From: Eledone cirrhosa
Taxonomy: Eukaryota
Direction: 5' to 3'
DNA length: 64,000 nucleotides
NCBI GenBank assembly: GCA_964016885.1
Contig: OZ024745.1
Location: 45,198,001-45,262,000, forward strand
The translations under genes were made by a program, and so were the position numbers. Shown here piece by piece: positions 25,741 through 40,620 of this stretch; the first letter of the stretch is position 1; each line of letters starts with the position of its first letter. The notes below the pieces were generated by a model that saw only the letters and a program-made list of their open reading frames with translations, did not search any database and was not told the DNA's origin.

Positions 25741-27133
25741 TATATATAAAACTGGCACTCATCAAAGGTTACCACGACAAAATGTTCCAGTTGATACGAT
25801 GAACAGAACAGACTGTTCGTGAAATTAGCGTTCAGGTGGCTGAGCATTCCACAGACACGTGAACCCTTAACGTAGTTCTCAGAGAGATTCAGCGTGACAC
25901 AGAATGTGACAAGTCTGGGCCTTCGAATTACGGGTACGACTCATTTTTGCCAGCTGAGTGGACTGGAACAACATGAAATAAAGTACACAACGTACCGCTG
26001 GGAATCGAACTCATGACCTTACCATCGTATATTTTCGACTGCTATGCATACAATTTAATATATATGAAAAACGTAAAAGTAAATAAATAAACCAGTAAAT
26101 AGAATATGAAATAAAAACAAAACAAAACAAAACACGACCTAACCATAGAAATCAGTAACCCGTTAAACCTGTAAAAGGAAATTATATTTTATTGTATTAT
26201 ATTATGTATTTTTATTTCTTATACACATATCAGTCCCAAAGTTCAACCGAGACCCTAGTTCTCCCATCAACCCCTAGATAGTCTCGCCGACTCCCGTGGG
26301 AATTACAATAGGTAATTTCAGTGAATTTTTCATTTTTGGGATTCACAAATATTCTTTTCTTTTGTTTCAGTTTGAATCCCTTTTTCATCTACACTAACCT
26401 CTGTTTTCTTTTCCTTTCCTTTTTGTTTTCCCGATTCGTTCATTGTTTTGTCTAATTCTCTTATGCTTTATATATCCTATCCTATACATCTTTCTGTCTG
26501 CCAGTTTATTTTCTGCCTGTCTTTCAGTCTTTCTACACGTCTCTTTTATCTCCTTTCTTTCTCTTTCTCCCAGCACTTCTAATATATATTCATATCTTTA
26601 ACCGACGCGCTGCAAACATACCGTTCCATAATATTGCATTTTTGTCATTTGACTCGCGAGATTTCTCAGCGGATCAAATTGCAACTAGTTACATAATAAA
26701 GATATTTTCTCACTACCTTCCAATGTATGTGTCATTATATTGGTCATATAATCTGGGCAAATATTACTACATAAGTAACTTAGTAACATTCCTTCAGATA
26801 TTAGTTCGGGCCAACCATTCATTACTTAATGCCTTACATGGAACCCTACACCATACTTGATTACTCAGCCTCTACGTTGAAAGAAATGGCAGTCAGATTC
26901 CTCCCGAGAAAGGAATGGACACATTGGATAGTGTGGTCATACATAAATATAAACTGGTGAGATGGTAACGGCTGGAATTACTTTTAATCAAAGATCTGTC
27001 CATCAGGGCTGACCTGGGATTAAACAGCAATAACTAATTCGTTTAAAGACGTTAGGGAATAATTTGTGAGTAATTTGGCTGCTGATTCTAGTATATTGAA
27101 CGACCATACTTTATAGAACTTAAACATATCCAT

Positions 27134-27312
27134 TTGGCAGTATCAGTAGAGGGTCAGACACCATGCTTTCCAGCATAGTTACGTCCCTTTACGATCTGAG
27201 CTCAAATCCCGCCGAGGTTGACTTTGCCTTTCATCCTTACGGGGTCGATAAAATAAAGTACCAGTAATGCACTGGGTAATTGCTGACCTTGTGCCTAAAG
27301 TAGAAACAATTA
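27134..27312 (+). mobile_element. SINE-A
   Basis: Near-identical to the 18088 copy. Confidence 0.9.
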
Positions 27313-27329
27313 TTATATAGGACATCACA

Positions 27330-28210
27330 AAGCAATGATACAAGAAACAGAGTTACAACCCCAACGAACGTAGATAGCAGTTCTTCTACATCCTAGACTA
27401 TCACTCATAAAATGAAAAACAACAGAAAAAGTTCACACCCAGAGAAAGTTACAAACCTGTACCTAGAATACCCAAGTATTATTGAAATCACTAACGTTCT
27501 CTACTCTTTGTACCAATACTGCCAAATCCCCACAACCCCAACACATGAAAGAATCATAATTTTATATCCAATGTATTTTCTTTTCAAACTTCCAACACGA
27601 ATAAAGATCAATATTCTCAACTGCATATAATTCATAAAAGTCTTACAAAGGATATATCATATCTTTAACAACAACAGCATTACAGTCATATACACACTAA
27701 CCTAATTACCAAAAGCCATTAGCAAAGATTTCTATTTCAAAGTTTGCCAAGCTTATGTTGAGGAACTATAATAAATCTTGAAAATGTAAAGTTTCGAAAG
27801 GAATACTTTCTCCAAATTAATCTTTCTAACATCGTTCATTTACCCTAAAACAGCCTACACACAGCTTCGTTGAAAGATTACATCACGCATATCAGTTTCT
27901 ACCACTCCCTAGACATAGCTACACCCGAATAATGGCGGCCTACTTGAGGAAAGAGCCCCGTGAGGTGAGGTGGGGTGTCTGTTGCCGCGGGTATCTCTGG
28001 TCATTCTCTGCGGTAACGCTTTTGCCGTTTTGCCGCATTTTAAGAAAACATCTTCATGCTTTACCATTATGTCTTTCTAGTTTTTAAAGGCAATATTTAG
28101 TCACAATTTTCTTTGACATATTCACTTCTGCGTCCATGGATTGATATTTTTCAGTTTCAGAAGATCCCGCTTTAGGGTGAAAGCAGAAATTAAACTTTTA
28201 ATCTGTCCTA
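27330..28210 (+). mobile_element. Degraded PLE-B-related remnant
   Basis: IFNNNSITVIY resembles PLE-B KIFNRNTITISY. The 3' end (28080-28205) matches 61290-61400, including the CAGAAGA hammerhead-like motif. Confidence 0.5.
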
Positions 28211-28216
28211 GTAATA

Positions 28217-28402
28217 ATTGTTTCTACTTTTGGCACAAGGCCAGCAATTACCCAGTGCATTACTGGTACTTTATTTTATCGACCCCTTAAGGATGAAAGG
28301 CAAAGTTGACCTTGACGGGATTTGAACTCAGATCGTAAAGGGACGTAACTATGCTGGAAAGCATGGCGTCCGACCCTCTACCGATACTGTCAATTCACCA
28401 CC
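28217..28402 (-). mobile_element. SINE-A
   Basis: Near-identical to the consensus seen in this window. Confidence 0.9.
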
Positions 28403-28594
28403 TAATAATAATAACAACAATAACAATAATAATAATAATAATTGTTTCTACCTTTTGGCACAAGGCCAGCAATTATCCCAGTGCCTTACTGGTACTTTAT
28501 TTTATAATAATAATAATAATAATAATAATAATGGTTTCTTTTAATAATGATAATAATTATTATATATATATATATATAATAATTATATATATAT

Positions 28595-28736
28595 ATAGGA
28601 AAAGAGTCAGAACCCCGACGCCTGAGCTCCGGCCGTTTCAACAGCTAGATCCGAAGCTAGATCCACTCTACTACCCTAAATATCGAGTATTCTGGTGCGT
28701 TATGGTCCACCTGGTTCCTTACCACACTTTCTTCGT

Positions 28737-28738
<2 letters not shown>
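28595..28738. mobile_element. Family C terminal-repeat insertion, inverted non-overlapping halves (relatives at 34150-34215, 35600-35765, 54890-55080)
   Basis: Minus half ends ..ctcttttccta at (TA)n; plus half runs ccactctactaccc...cgttata to (TA)n. Contains GAAAcggccg, resembling a palindromic stem III. Confidence 0.7.
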
Positions 28739-28773
<35 letters not shown>

Positions 28774-31509
28774 ATGTGTGTGTGCGTTTGCCTGTAAACA
28801 CATATATGTTAAGGTCTAATACATTCTCAAGTATACAAATGATGCATAAACAGAAATATGTTGGTGGAACTGATGCCTCCTACACCCTTTGTATTGAGAG
28901 AAAAAAAGCCATAGCAAAACCTAGTAAGACCAAATATAGTCTACAGCTAAATGGCCCAATTCCACAGTGTTAGAATGAATGGCAGTCAGAATTCTGTGTT
29001 GCCACCATATAGCATGGAATGTCCTTTCACTGCCAAATTTACAGATTCCTTTTCTGCTCATGTGATTTTACTAATGACTTCAACTGATGTCTCTTCTGTG
29101 GTGTTTTTGTTTATGTATTGTTTAAATGTTGTATTTCATATTCATGTTGTGTGTATATTCAACTTTGTATAAATACCTTTTGTTTCAAGCTAAATCAAGA
29201 AATCATCACCATCGTAATCGTCACTGCTCTCTTCGCTGTCTTTGTCATTGTTGTTTGTTTTTGGTGTAAAGTGTTGCTGAATAAATAAAATAAAAAAAAT
29301 GTTAATAATTTTATGAGTCATAAGGATATGTGGTCATAAGGTGACCGAATAGTTAAGAAGTTCACTTCGTAGGCATTAGATCCCGGGTTCTATTCCATTG
29401 CGGGAAATCTAGGCCAAGTGTCATTTATCAGAGACTCCGGTTGATCTAAGTCTTATGAGGGAAATTGGGTAGACAGAAACTGAAAGCCCGTCATATAAAT
29501 TGTACCTGTTATTCAAAAGGTACAGCCTTGTCCCGGTGTGAGCCACTCCGAATCTTCCTGAGAATTATGTTATGGGTACACGTGTCAGTGGAATATCCAG
29601 GCACTTCCGCGTTAATTTCGTGAGTAGACTGCCCCGTTGACCGAACGCCTAGAACGTTCATTGCCGATACCAACGGAGGTATATTCCATAAAGATATACA
29701 AGTTTTTGTGCTTAACATTAACTCTCCCGTTGTTAAACCATCTTCCATGATACGATGCTTGTCTATTGCCAGTATTTCATAGGAATGTGTAGTACTGTAT
29801 TTAGAGAATGTAGAATTATGTGCCTTTTTTTTTACTTTGATTGTTACTTGTTAGTCATAGTAGGTCGAGGCGGCGAATTGGTAGAGTCGTTAGAATTTCG
29901 GATAGAAGGCTTTGTGGTATTCTGGCTTTTTCCTCTCTAAATTCACATTCCACCGAGGTCAACTTTGCCTTTCATCCCTTTCGAGGTTAATAAAATGTAC
30001 CAGTTCAGTACTGGGGTAGATTCGTCCTCTATATCTCTTTCTCACGTCCTCTCCACCAGTGTTTCTTTCTCTGGAAGAAATTGGTTGTTCTCGGACCTTG
30101 AAAGGAGATGGGTTCCGCTAGATTTAAAAAAAATGCCCAAGAAACACTGTATGTCACTACGGCGCATCTACGATTCCATGAAAAGTTACGCAGGTTAGGT
30201 ACATACACAGGGTAAGAAGAAAAATGCTCGTAGTTAGTAGGAAATATGGCCCAAGTGTTTGCAACAAGGTAGACTCCAGGAAGGGCACCTAAGTATCATG
30301 TGGTGTCGTTAAATCGCTATAGTGGGATTCGAACTCAGACGCAAAATAAAAAAGAACCAGAACAAATACCGCCAGATATCTCGTTCAACGTTATAATAAT
30401 TCCGTCAATCCACCGCCTGGGACTTCTGCTTTATTTTACCGGCTCCGAAAAGATGAAGGACACAGCTGACTCTGGCCGAATTTGAACTCAGAGTTTGACA
30501 GTGAGAACAACTACTGTTCGACACTCTAACGACATTGTTATTTTGCTTTACTTATAAACAACAAAAATAGACCAACAATCCATTAACATATCTACTTGTC
30601 TTTTTTGTTTATATTTAAATTGCCAATTAAATAAATCATATGATTATTATATTCATTTCCTCGAAAACAATGCATTATCCTGCAAGTATTATTTTGTGAT
30701 CGGCGAGAATGAATTTTTAAATCCACGACATCAAACATGAATTAAGAATTCGCTTTTATTTTCAATTTAATTTTGTTCCATTGGTATACTTTCACCGACG
30801 CCGACTACATTACATATTTCGGACATTGAATTCTTTGTTTTATTATTTTCCATGATTGTCTTTTGTTTATTCTCTGTTAGCCGCGAATGTAGATGCCTTG
30901 AATAGAGATTCTCTTTTTCTGATCTATCATTTTACTTAACTATACTTCCCAAACTGTTTCAATCTCTGACCAGTTATTTTTCTCATGGAATCGTTCAATG
31001 TTTTCTCATTCATTTAATTATATCCCATCGTTTACTTGTTTAACGTTTAATTTCTGTCGTCAAACAGCAAGTTATTTCTGCAATCTATTTCCTAATTTAA
31101 TTAACTCTTTAAAAAAATAATTTTCGCCTTCACTAAATCTCTTTAATCAGACATTCTCGAGCTCTGAATATCTTTCGTTGTATCATTGTAACAATAACAT
31201 TCTTGTTAAGTCTTACTTTTTCTTTGTTTTATTATTTCCAAATTTCTTTTCACCTTGTATATCTATACTTCTTGATAACAACTATATCACATCAATCATT
31301 ATCTACCTGACGTGTAAATTGTTAGAAAATTATCCAAAACAAAATAACTTCTGGAATCTCTTCTCTCATAAACACTTTCACTCAGTGTACAGAAATATAC
31401 GTTCGTTCATAATATGACCTCCTCCTATTCCTCACAGAATAACATAAATACTTATACAGTTACTATACACTTACATATTAGGATACACAACATCGATATA
31501 CATGCATAA

Positions 31510-31588
<79 letters not shown>

Positions 31589-32299
31589 AAATACAGACAC
31601 AAAGGTAACTACAGATACACAAGCTCACATAAACTGTCACACTCAAGGTTTATATTTGGCGTAGGACCTCATACATAGGACATTTTTGGATAATTGTTCC
31701 TCTCTTTATATGTTGCACCTCTTCATAGACTGGAGGTAGACTCATCACACGCCATTCTGTCTGCCAATGTACAAATAAAATTCTTGTTTCTGTCAATCAG
31801 AATTCCCATCTCCTTGTTTGGGCAGTTACCTTTATTTTCCAATCCCGATGTATGGCTTTTTATCTCCCTCTTTTTCCCACACACGCACACATATATATTC
31901 CCACACTTATTTAAACACACACACATATATAGAACATAAATATACATGCTCACATATATACAAGCACACATATATAAATGTAGTAGACACATATACACTC
32001 AGACATATTCACGCACATACTTATTGAAACATTCAAAAAGCGTTTTCCTGCTATATAAACAGCAACGAAAAACAATCATAAATACTGAAATGGATATGTC
32101 AATCACCACATGTCATTTAGTCTGCTTGCCATCATCAAATATTCACTATGGTCTGTATTGTTACTACAATCGTGCTGATGTGCTCGAATACATACACAAA
32201 TATGTTTATATTGGTGTGAAAGATGGCATGCCTGTCATTTTAGAGGCGAGTGTAAACGGCTTGCTGCTGTTTAACAAGAGTTCGGAAATACATACGAAT

Positions 32300-33300
32300 A
32301 TCGTATAGGGTGGTGCATATTACCGGTTTTAGTGTTATAGTTCCCCCAGAAGCACTCCTTGTTGTAAGATTAGGGAACGAACGATTTGTAAATATAACTT
32401 GCTTGGCTTGGTTGCTACAAAAGAATGTATGCCAATCTTATGTCTCATTGTGGTATCAGAAAGCGTCTTCTTGATACATTAATAATGCTGTCGATGTAAC
32501 AATCGGATACCTTTCTCAACAGTGGTCTCTTTCTCTTTGATTTGCTCTAGCTGAGTTTTAGTAGACCTCTATAGATGTAAACCGGTACTGTGATGAGCCA
32601 GTGTAATAATTATTGGATTCCCAGGAATAAAATTGGCATGTTTATACTGCAGCACTCACTAGCAATAATGTACTGGATTGCACAAAAGTGATGACCTATT
32701 TCTAGCTCTATGAAGCTTACTGGTAGAAGAAGGGTATTATTATTCTTTTTAACCTGAGATCAGACATAAGTTTACACAAAGCTTTAAGGTGGAAACTGTG
32801 TTGTGAAATATTTGTTCACACCACTTAAATCTGTCGTATATTTAGGGATCAAACATCAGTTATAGAAAGTGACAATTGGACATAAATACAATCCCAATGC
32901 AACGTCTACTTCATTTTTGCCAAAACCGCTATTATAAGACTATATATAGATGTATCATCTAGATATCCATTATCTGTTATCATAGCTTCAGATTTTTTCA
33001 TGGGGTAGCTTACCAAAGCTTTTCATAGGAGTGAGTTACATTCATAATTAGAAAAGTTAGAACATTTTCTTACTCGTAGATTCTTTTATGATACAGGCTG
33101 AAAACCACATGTACTCAAAGAACTAGTTTTAAAATGATTGTAATTCGTTTTTAACTTGCTCTACTAGGTTTTGGTGAAGGGCATATGATAGGCTGAATTG
33201 TCAGATGTCATTTAAGACGTCCGTTATTAAGGACCTTTTGTATGCATGTCCGACGAAGACCTAATATATATGAACTATAAGAACTGTGTTTGATACTTTC
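32300..33300 (-). pseudogene. Highly degraded LINE RT (CR1/L2-like)
   Basis: Minus-strand KSFGKLPH near 33000-33025 resembles KAFDKVPH. The rest is decayed. Confidence 0.35.
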
Positions 33301-33681
33301 TAGCATTTCTACCACCTGAATAGTTGCTCAAGTTCAAAGATATGAATCTGAAGATAAATCCAGTTTATTACCGACATCTAAATTATCGGGTTTATTGCTG
33401 ACAAGAGGAAATCTATTCGATAATAGCATACGTCGAACAATAATAAGCCTTGCTGAAATAGTATTAAGTTGTATAAGAGAGAATATAGGTCAACAAAATC
33501 GATCATACCTTATTAAGAAGGGTTTTGTTCAAGAAGAAATAAAATGCTTTATAGTGATAAACAAGAATTTATCAGTAAAGATTTCTCTTCCGTAATTGTG
33601 AAATATAAGTTATAAATCTGAAAATACATGAATAAAATATACAAGTATCAGTCATACAAATGTATTTCCACGCACACAAAC

Positions 33682-33735
<54 letters not shown>

Positions 33736-33738
<3 letters not shown>

Positions 33739-34137
33739 CAATATATTAATAAATGGAAGCTATATTTATAAAACCATAATTATTTTATTATATATATTTC
33801 AAGGGCGACCAAGCCAATCTTGGTGCGCTTTCATCAGATAAAATACAAAATTTGTTTTATAAATAGTGACATAACCACGGAAAACAACCTTGAAAATTCG
33901 CTGGATGGTTATGCTACTATTTATAAAGCAAATTTTGTATTTTATCTGATGAAAGCGCACCAAGATTGGCTTGGTCGCCCTTGAAATATATATAATAAAA
34001 TAATTATGGTTTTATAAATATAGTTTCCATTTATTAATATATTGAATATTTACTCCAGTAATCAGTTGAGTGCTCTATATCAGTTATAAACTTTTAAGTT
34101 TGTTGGAATCCCAACAAATTAATTATAACTTCTACAT
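33736..34137. mobile_element. Family D palindrome in (TA)n
   Basis: Arms about 33739-33867 and 33916-34044. The right arm continues to 34137. Confidence 0.85.
33940..34000 (+). ncRNA. Minimal type-I hammerhead ribozyme (mirror copy 33783-33843, minus)
   Basis: ttttat CTGATGA aagcgcaccaag attgg cttggtcgccctt GAAA t atat a TA ataaaa. Confidence 0.85.
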
Positions 34138-34212
34138 ATATATGTATATAACAAGGGAATTGTGGTAAGGAACCAGATGGACCATAACGCACCATAGTAC
34201 TCAATACTTTTT

Positions 34213-34365
<153 letters not shown>

Positions 34366-34402
34366 AGAAAATACGAAGTAGTTTCAGATGTTTATTGATA
34401 AG

Positions 34403-34477
34403 GCTGTGATACATATTTCAATGACGACAGTGGCCACGTGACTCCGCCTGACCAGTGCCATTATCTCATCAGACAGC
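34403..34477 (-). ncRNA. Minimal type-I hammerhead with long stem II, at the 3' end of a decayed PLE-like remnant (about 34360-34740)
   Basis: gctgt CTGATGA gataatggcactggtca..tggccactgtcgtcatt GAAA t atgt a TC acagc. Confidence 0.8.
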
Positions 34478-34955
34478 TTCTTACATAATAATGTTACGTA
34501 CTCGAGGCAATCCGAATTGAAATAAGGGAACGGGCGAAGGCTTGAAGAATATCAACTTAATCCGTCGTCCAATTTAACATCATAATCTGGTATATTGGTA
34601 CCACGAGTGGTGTCCACACTGTTGCAGGTATTACAGACAACTCTTCTGTTCGTGAATACTTCCCTCTTTGCCTACGTCTTGCTCTTTCAATTATTTTAGT
34701 CTCCGAAAAGGTTTATACGCACTATACTTCTCTCCTTGACCAAAACAACAAAAAAGTAACACTCTCTTGATATTCTTGAAGATGATGCTCCAGTATGGCC
34801 ACTGTCCAGTAAAGGAAAGCTGAAAACTACGACTAGAATGTGTGTAAACACACACACGACCACTCACATACTAACTCACTCTCTTTCTCTCTCTCGTGAA
34901 GCTAATATAAATGTAAAAATTGCCTCCTGTGCTTTGTTTGTTTCATTTATTAACT

Positions 34956-34989
<34 letters not shown>

Positions 34990-35082
34990 TTATTATTTGC
35001 ACTATGGTTCTTATATATTTGATATATATTTATCCTTATCGAGCCCTCTTTGGATTTTAGTCTTCAAATTTATTATTATTAC

Positions 35083-35083
<1 letters not shown>
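34990..35083 (+). mobile_element. Isolated PLE-B 3' terminus between (TA)n tracts
   Basis: Reverse complement of 58120-58190 and 59638-59700. Confidence 0.75.
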
Positions 35084-35117
<34 letters not shown>

Positions 35118-35130
35118 GTATATATATATG

Positions 35131-35368
<238 letters not shown>

Positions 35369-36038
35369 AGGCGTGTGGCTGAGGGGTTAGAGAATTGGAT
35401 TCACAATCGTGAGGTTGTGAGTTCGATTCCTGGACCAGGCAATGCGTTATGTCCTTGAGCAAGACACTTTATTTCACGTTGCTCCTTCTACCTGGAGTTG
35501 CGACCGATAGATAGTATTAGCAAATGGAAAGACCCACGGAAACATTGTTTCCTCGGTCCGATTTGACGAAAGTCGATCGCCCAAAAAAAAAAAAAAAAAT
35601 ATAGTGAAAGGTTAGTACCCGGCGGCTGAAGTCATGACGTTTCAACGGCAAGCCACTGGCCTTTGAACGGCGTGAGTTCAGCCGTCGAACACTAACTTTT
35701 TCCTATGCATACATTCTACTTTCCCAAGCATCGAGTATTTCACCGAACATGGTTTTACTACTCTAAACTGACATCTCTCTCTCGTACACACACACACACA
35801 CACTCTCTCTCTCTATATATACATATATATATATATATACACACACATATACATACAAACACACATTATGTATGTAAACATGTATACATGCATGTTGTTG
35901 TCATAGAGCACAAGTTTAAAACAACTAATTGTAACAGAAACAAACCCAATACCCATTAGCACACTTACCGCTTGTCTGCTATCTATTATTTGCTAATATG
36001 TCATTTCAGCCGTAACTAACACGATCTACATTTGTGTA

Positions 36039-36108
<70 letters not shown>

Positions 36109-36152
36109 TATATATATTTGTGTATATATGTATGTATATATATATACATATT

Positions 36153-36183
<31 letters not shown>

Positions 36184-36262
36184 TTGTGTATATATGTATG
36201 TATATATGTATATACATATTTGTGTGTGTATATATATATATATATGTATATATATATTTGTG

Positions 36263-36319
<57 letters not shown>

Positions 36320-36320
<1 letters not shown>

Positions 36321-36455
36321 TAAGGTACTCAATACATTAGTGTAAACAGCAAATTTAATATAGAAATGGGTTTTACAGGATTAAATCTGTTTCATTCGAA
36401 AGAAATCACTAGGAAAAGGCTTTATAAATGATTTCTTTCGAATGAAACAATTCTC
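36320..36455. mobile_element. Short inverted terminal-repeat insertion with a half hammerhead
   Basis: 21-bp IR at 36388-36408 / 36429-36449. Minus arm reads GAAA cag atttaatc ctg TA aaaccc and later GAGTAC. Confidence 0.55.
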
Positions 36456-36468
36456 GCCTGCAGAAGTA

Positions 36469-36503
<35 letters not shown>

Positions 36504-36626
36504 CCCTCTCTCTCTGTATATATATCTAGGGATTGTAACATCCAGTTACTGTAGGTTTACCAGAGTGAGCACTCGTTGCGTAGTTTCCAGTAAGTATAGA
36601 GATGTAGACCAAAGCAGAGTGTAACA

Positions 36627-36805
36627 TTTGTTTCTACCTTTGGCACAAAGCCAGCAATTACCCAGTACATTACTGGTACTTTACTTTTATCGACCCCGTA
36701 AGGATGAAAGGCAAAGTTAACCTCGGCAGGATTTGAACTCAGATCGTAAAGGGACGTAACTCTTTGCGTCAAAGCATGGCGTCCGACCCTCTACTGATAC
36801 TGCCA
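36627..36805 (-). mobile_element. SINE-A
   Basis: Matches the consensus. Confidence 0.9.
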
Positions 36806-36991
36806 AGAGCGTAATAATGATAGATTTCTTTATTTGCCACAAGGGCGCACAAGAAAAGGGGACAATACAAAGAAATGGTGGGGATTTTACATACAGTCGT
36901 GTAAAGAAATATAAAACAAACAATTATAACAATCGAAATCCCCAAATGATAGAAAGGACGATATGTTATGTCTTTAACTTTGTGATTGTGT

Positions 36992-37040
<49 letters not shown>

Positions 37041-37043
<3 letters not shown>

Positions 37044-39046
37044 CGTTTGTGAATTTGTTTAGCAAGATGGCGTAGGACAGAACAAAGGAGAGGCACAAAA
37101 AACAAAGAAAAGAATCCCCAGTCACTGAAGAGGTCACAGAATGTGTGACGAAAGAACTTTGACAATATATAAACAACCATCTGGTTGTGGAACCAACCAA
37201 CCAACCGGAAATTTATAAATTCCTAAATTTATAAATTTATTATAATAAACCCACACAGATAGATGGAACGGGTGGACCAGAGCCATACAGACCCCCGAAA
37301 ACCACGATGAACTAAAGAAAATGATTGCACATGCGGTGGGGGCCAGCATAAAATTAACCCTTAAGGAACATATGTTAAAATTTAATGGAAAAACATATAC
37401 CCAAGAGGAGGGAGCAGCCATTGGTGTTAGCATTGCAGGCGACATAGCTAACCTATTCATGGTATGGTGGGACAGTAGACTTAAACTTAAACTTAAAGAA
37501 CAATTAGAAGACCCCTTAACCCTGATATTGTACTCCCGCTACGTTGATGATATAAACATCGTACTTAAAACACCCCCACTAGAGAACAGTCAGGAATTAG
37601 AGAAAAACACAATGGAAAGCATCCAGCAAATAGCTAACTCCATCCACCAGAGTATTAGAGTTACTATAGACTACCCAAGCAAACATCCCAACCATCGATT
37701 ACCTGTGCTAGACACAGAGCTCTGGTTAGATACCATTAATAACAAAAAAAACAAATCCTCTATTCCCATTATGCCAAACCCATGACTTCCAAATATCTGA
37801 TCCACCGAAACTCAGCTGTTTCGGACCATACCAAAATCAACATACTCATTGCGGAATTGGTACGGGTGATTAGAAACGTGCTCCGCATGTGCAACCCCGA
37901 AGAACTAGAGAGACACATAAAACACTTCATCCACCGTATGCAGTTCTCTGGTTACAATCAGAGAGATAAAATCAGAGTGTATAGAGGAGCCAGAACCAAA
38001 TGGGAAAAAATGGTAAATAATGACACAAATGGGACCTGCCCCTTGTATAGGAGCAAATTTTAGAATAGAATAGAAAGAACTAGGAATAAGGCTAATAGAA
38101 TAAACTCATAGTATGATAGCAATAAATACCAGTGTGTAATGTTCATCGATACAACCCCTAGAGGTGAATTAGCTTACAAATTTAGAAGGGCCCTAGATAA
38201 ACATAAACTCAATATTAAGATAGTAGAAAGACCAGGTACCTCCATAAAAACACTTATTAGCAAGACATACCATTTTCAAAGAGCTCCCTGTATAGATAAG
38301 AAATGTATAATCTGTAAATTAAGCCCCCATATTAACTGTAAAACTAGAAATGTAGTATATAGTATAAGATGTACTGAAGGACAATGTAGAGATAAAAATA
38401 TAGTGTACATAGGTGAGACGGCTCGTAGTATAGGGGAACGGATAAATGAACACTGGCGAGACCTTCAAGATAGTAAAGAATCATCTGTACTCCACCAACA
38501 TGCTAAAATAGAACATAAGGGTAAATTAGAGAACATAGAAATAAAAATAGAATCTACACACAGAAAAGACGCAATGTTTAGACAAATCACAGAGGCAATA
38601 AACATAAATGAATTACAACCCAAATTAAATAGAAAACATGAGTGGAACAGCAACATGACAACTTACAATTAAGGACAAAATGAAAACACACATGCACATA
38701 GAACAAACAACCAACCAGTAACATGTAAATAAACAAATAAATAAACGAATATAAACACACACAGACACTCGGATGTAACACATGCGCAAACTAAGCACAC
38801 AACACACACACAAAAACAAGATGGCGTAGGACAGAACAAAGGAGAGGCAAAAAAACAAAGAAAAGAATCCCCAGTCACTGAAGAGGTCACAGAATGTGTG
38901 ACGAAAGAACTTTGACAATATATAAACAACCATCTGGTTGTGGAACCAACCAACCAACCGGAAATTTATAAATTTATTATAATAAATTGAAGTGAAAGCA
39001 ACTGGTGCGTGTGTTTCTTATTGGGAACATGACCCTCCCAAAGTAT

Positions 39047-39052
<6 letters not shown>
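37041..39052 (+). mobile_element. Penelope-like element A with direct terminal repeats
   Basis: Inverted 3' tip 37041-37066, partial pLTR about 37061-37245, coding region, pLTR about 38673-39052. Direct repeat 37062-37216 / 38817-38970. (TA)n flanks. Confidence 0.95.
37250..38672 (+). pseudogene. PLE reverse transcriptase (C-terminal half) plus GIY-YIG endonuclease, disrupted
   Basis: QEEGAAIG..IANLFM, YSRYVDD, LPVLD and YIGET motifs. Frameshift in a poly-A near 37750; TAG stops near 38061 and 38110. Confidence 0.92.
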
Positions 39053-39102
<50 letters not shown>

Positions 39103-40189
39103 ACACATACACAAAGTTAAGGTTCATCCCTAACCCATCCAGTGGCGCATCAAGCTGATGTTTATCCCGGTTTCATTGACGGTAAGCGACTGAGAATATC
39201 ATTCATATTCGTAAGAAAAACAATGTTTTTGATTTTGAAATTATTTTGAAAATATTTAAGAATGTGGTGGTGATTTAGTAATATAACTAACCTTCTCATT
39301 ATTAAGCCGCTGTTTGGACTATAACGTAACACATGTTGTTACTTAAAATTATGATGGTAGGTTTTTAGATAAATATATACACTTTAACATAAATAATTTT
39401 GTATCAAGATCTGATCTTTTTCAGACGATTTGGTATTAAGAGAGTTAAGATATGCATCTACATAAGACCCTACGCAAATAGAAGTATTAACTAGTGTGAT
39501 ATTACATTACTGTATAGATAGGAAAGATTGGGAGGCATAGACGAAATTTATGGTACACATCGACAGGATGATCGAACTTATAAGTAAATAATTAATAGAA
39601 CAGGTTCTAATGCCACTCATAGGGAAGAGCTTTGCTTATGCCAAATGTAATCAGCAGTTCCAGAAATATCCTTAGATTTGGAAAACATTATTATGTGTTG
39701 CGAAATTTTTGTAGAAAATGTAAATCTACTGTGGGGCTACAAACATATCTAATGAATAATAAAGTTTGAGGTTTATGGAAGGGAAACCGCCAGAAATGAT
39801 TTCCATGAATCTAAAAGCATTCAAACATGTTAAGTGTGTGTATGTGATGGTGACTTATGTACAGTGAATAAGGAGAATTTGGGAGGAGTTTCCTTTGCTC
39901 ATCCAGCGCCGAATTAGAAGCAAAACGAACAGCAAATGCAATGGTTTTATCTACTTAGCGTCGTTGAAAAGTATTATGTTTCGTATGAATGAAAGTATTA
40001 GCTGGTAATTAAACCTCTTAATTTTGAAACAATAACGCCATGAATAATGAATGAATTGTGCTTTAAATTTCTAGTTATATATTGCCATTCATCACATACA
40101 TTATTAAAGCGAGGGATACGTTATTTAAAGTATCATGCACGTGATTTTTGTTAGGCGAAATCCGCCATGCTCTTTTATTATATTACAGA

Positions 40190-40620
40190 CTACGGTGCTG
40201 GCTCTTTACGTTTTGAGTTCAAATCCTATCGAAGTCAAGTTTGTCTTTCAGCCTTCTGAGGCCGATAAAATAAAGTATCTGTCAAGATAATAGTACACCT
40301 ACAAACAGGGTATCTGAGGCCGATAAAATAAAGTATCTGTCAAGATATAATCAACTTTCTTCTTCCCTTGAAATTGCTGGCCTTGTGCCAAAAACTAGAA
40401 ACAATTATATTACTGACTGCAATGTAGCGCATCGGATAAATGCTAAGAAATATTCGTTCCAGGTCTATACGTAGTGAGTTCAAATCCTGCCGAGGCGAAC
40501 TTTGACTTTCATCCTTCTGAGGTGGTTAAATTAAAGTACCAGTCAAGTACTGGGCTCGATATAATCGACTTTCCCTTCTAAAATTGCTAGCATTGTGCCA
40601 ATATTGGAAATAATTATATT
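40190..40620 (+). mobile_element. Two old SINE-A-like copies in tandem
   Basis: gagttcaaatcc..ctttcatccttc..gcc(a)ttgtgcca..gaaa(c)aatt occurs twice. Other old copies at about 9855, 16890, 29867, 42935(-) and 58992. Confidence 0.7.
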
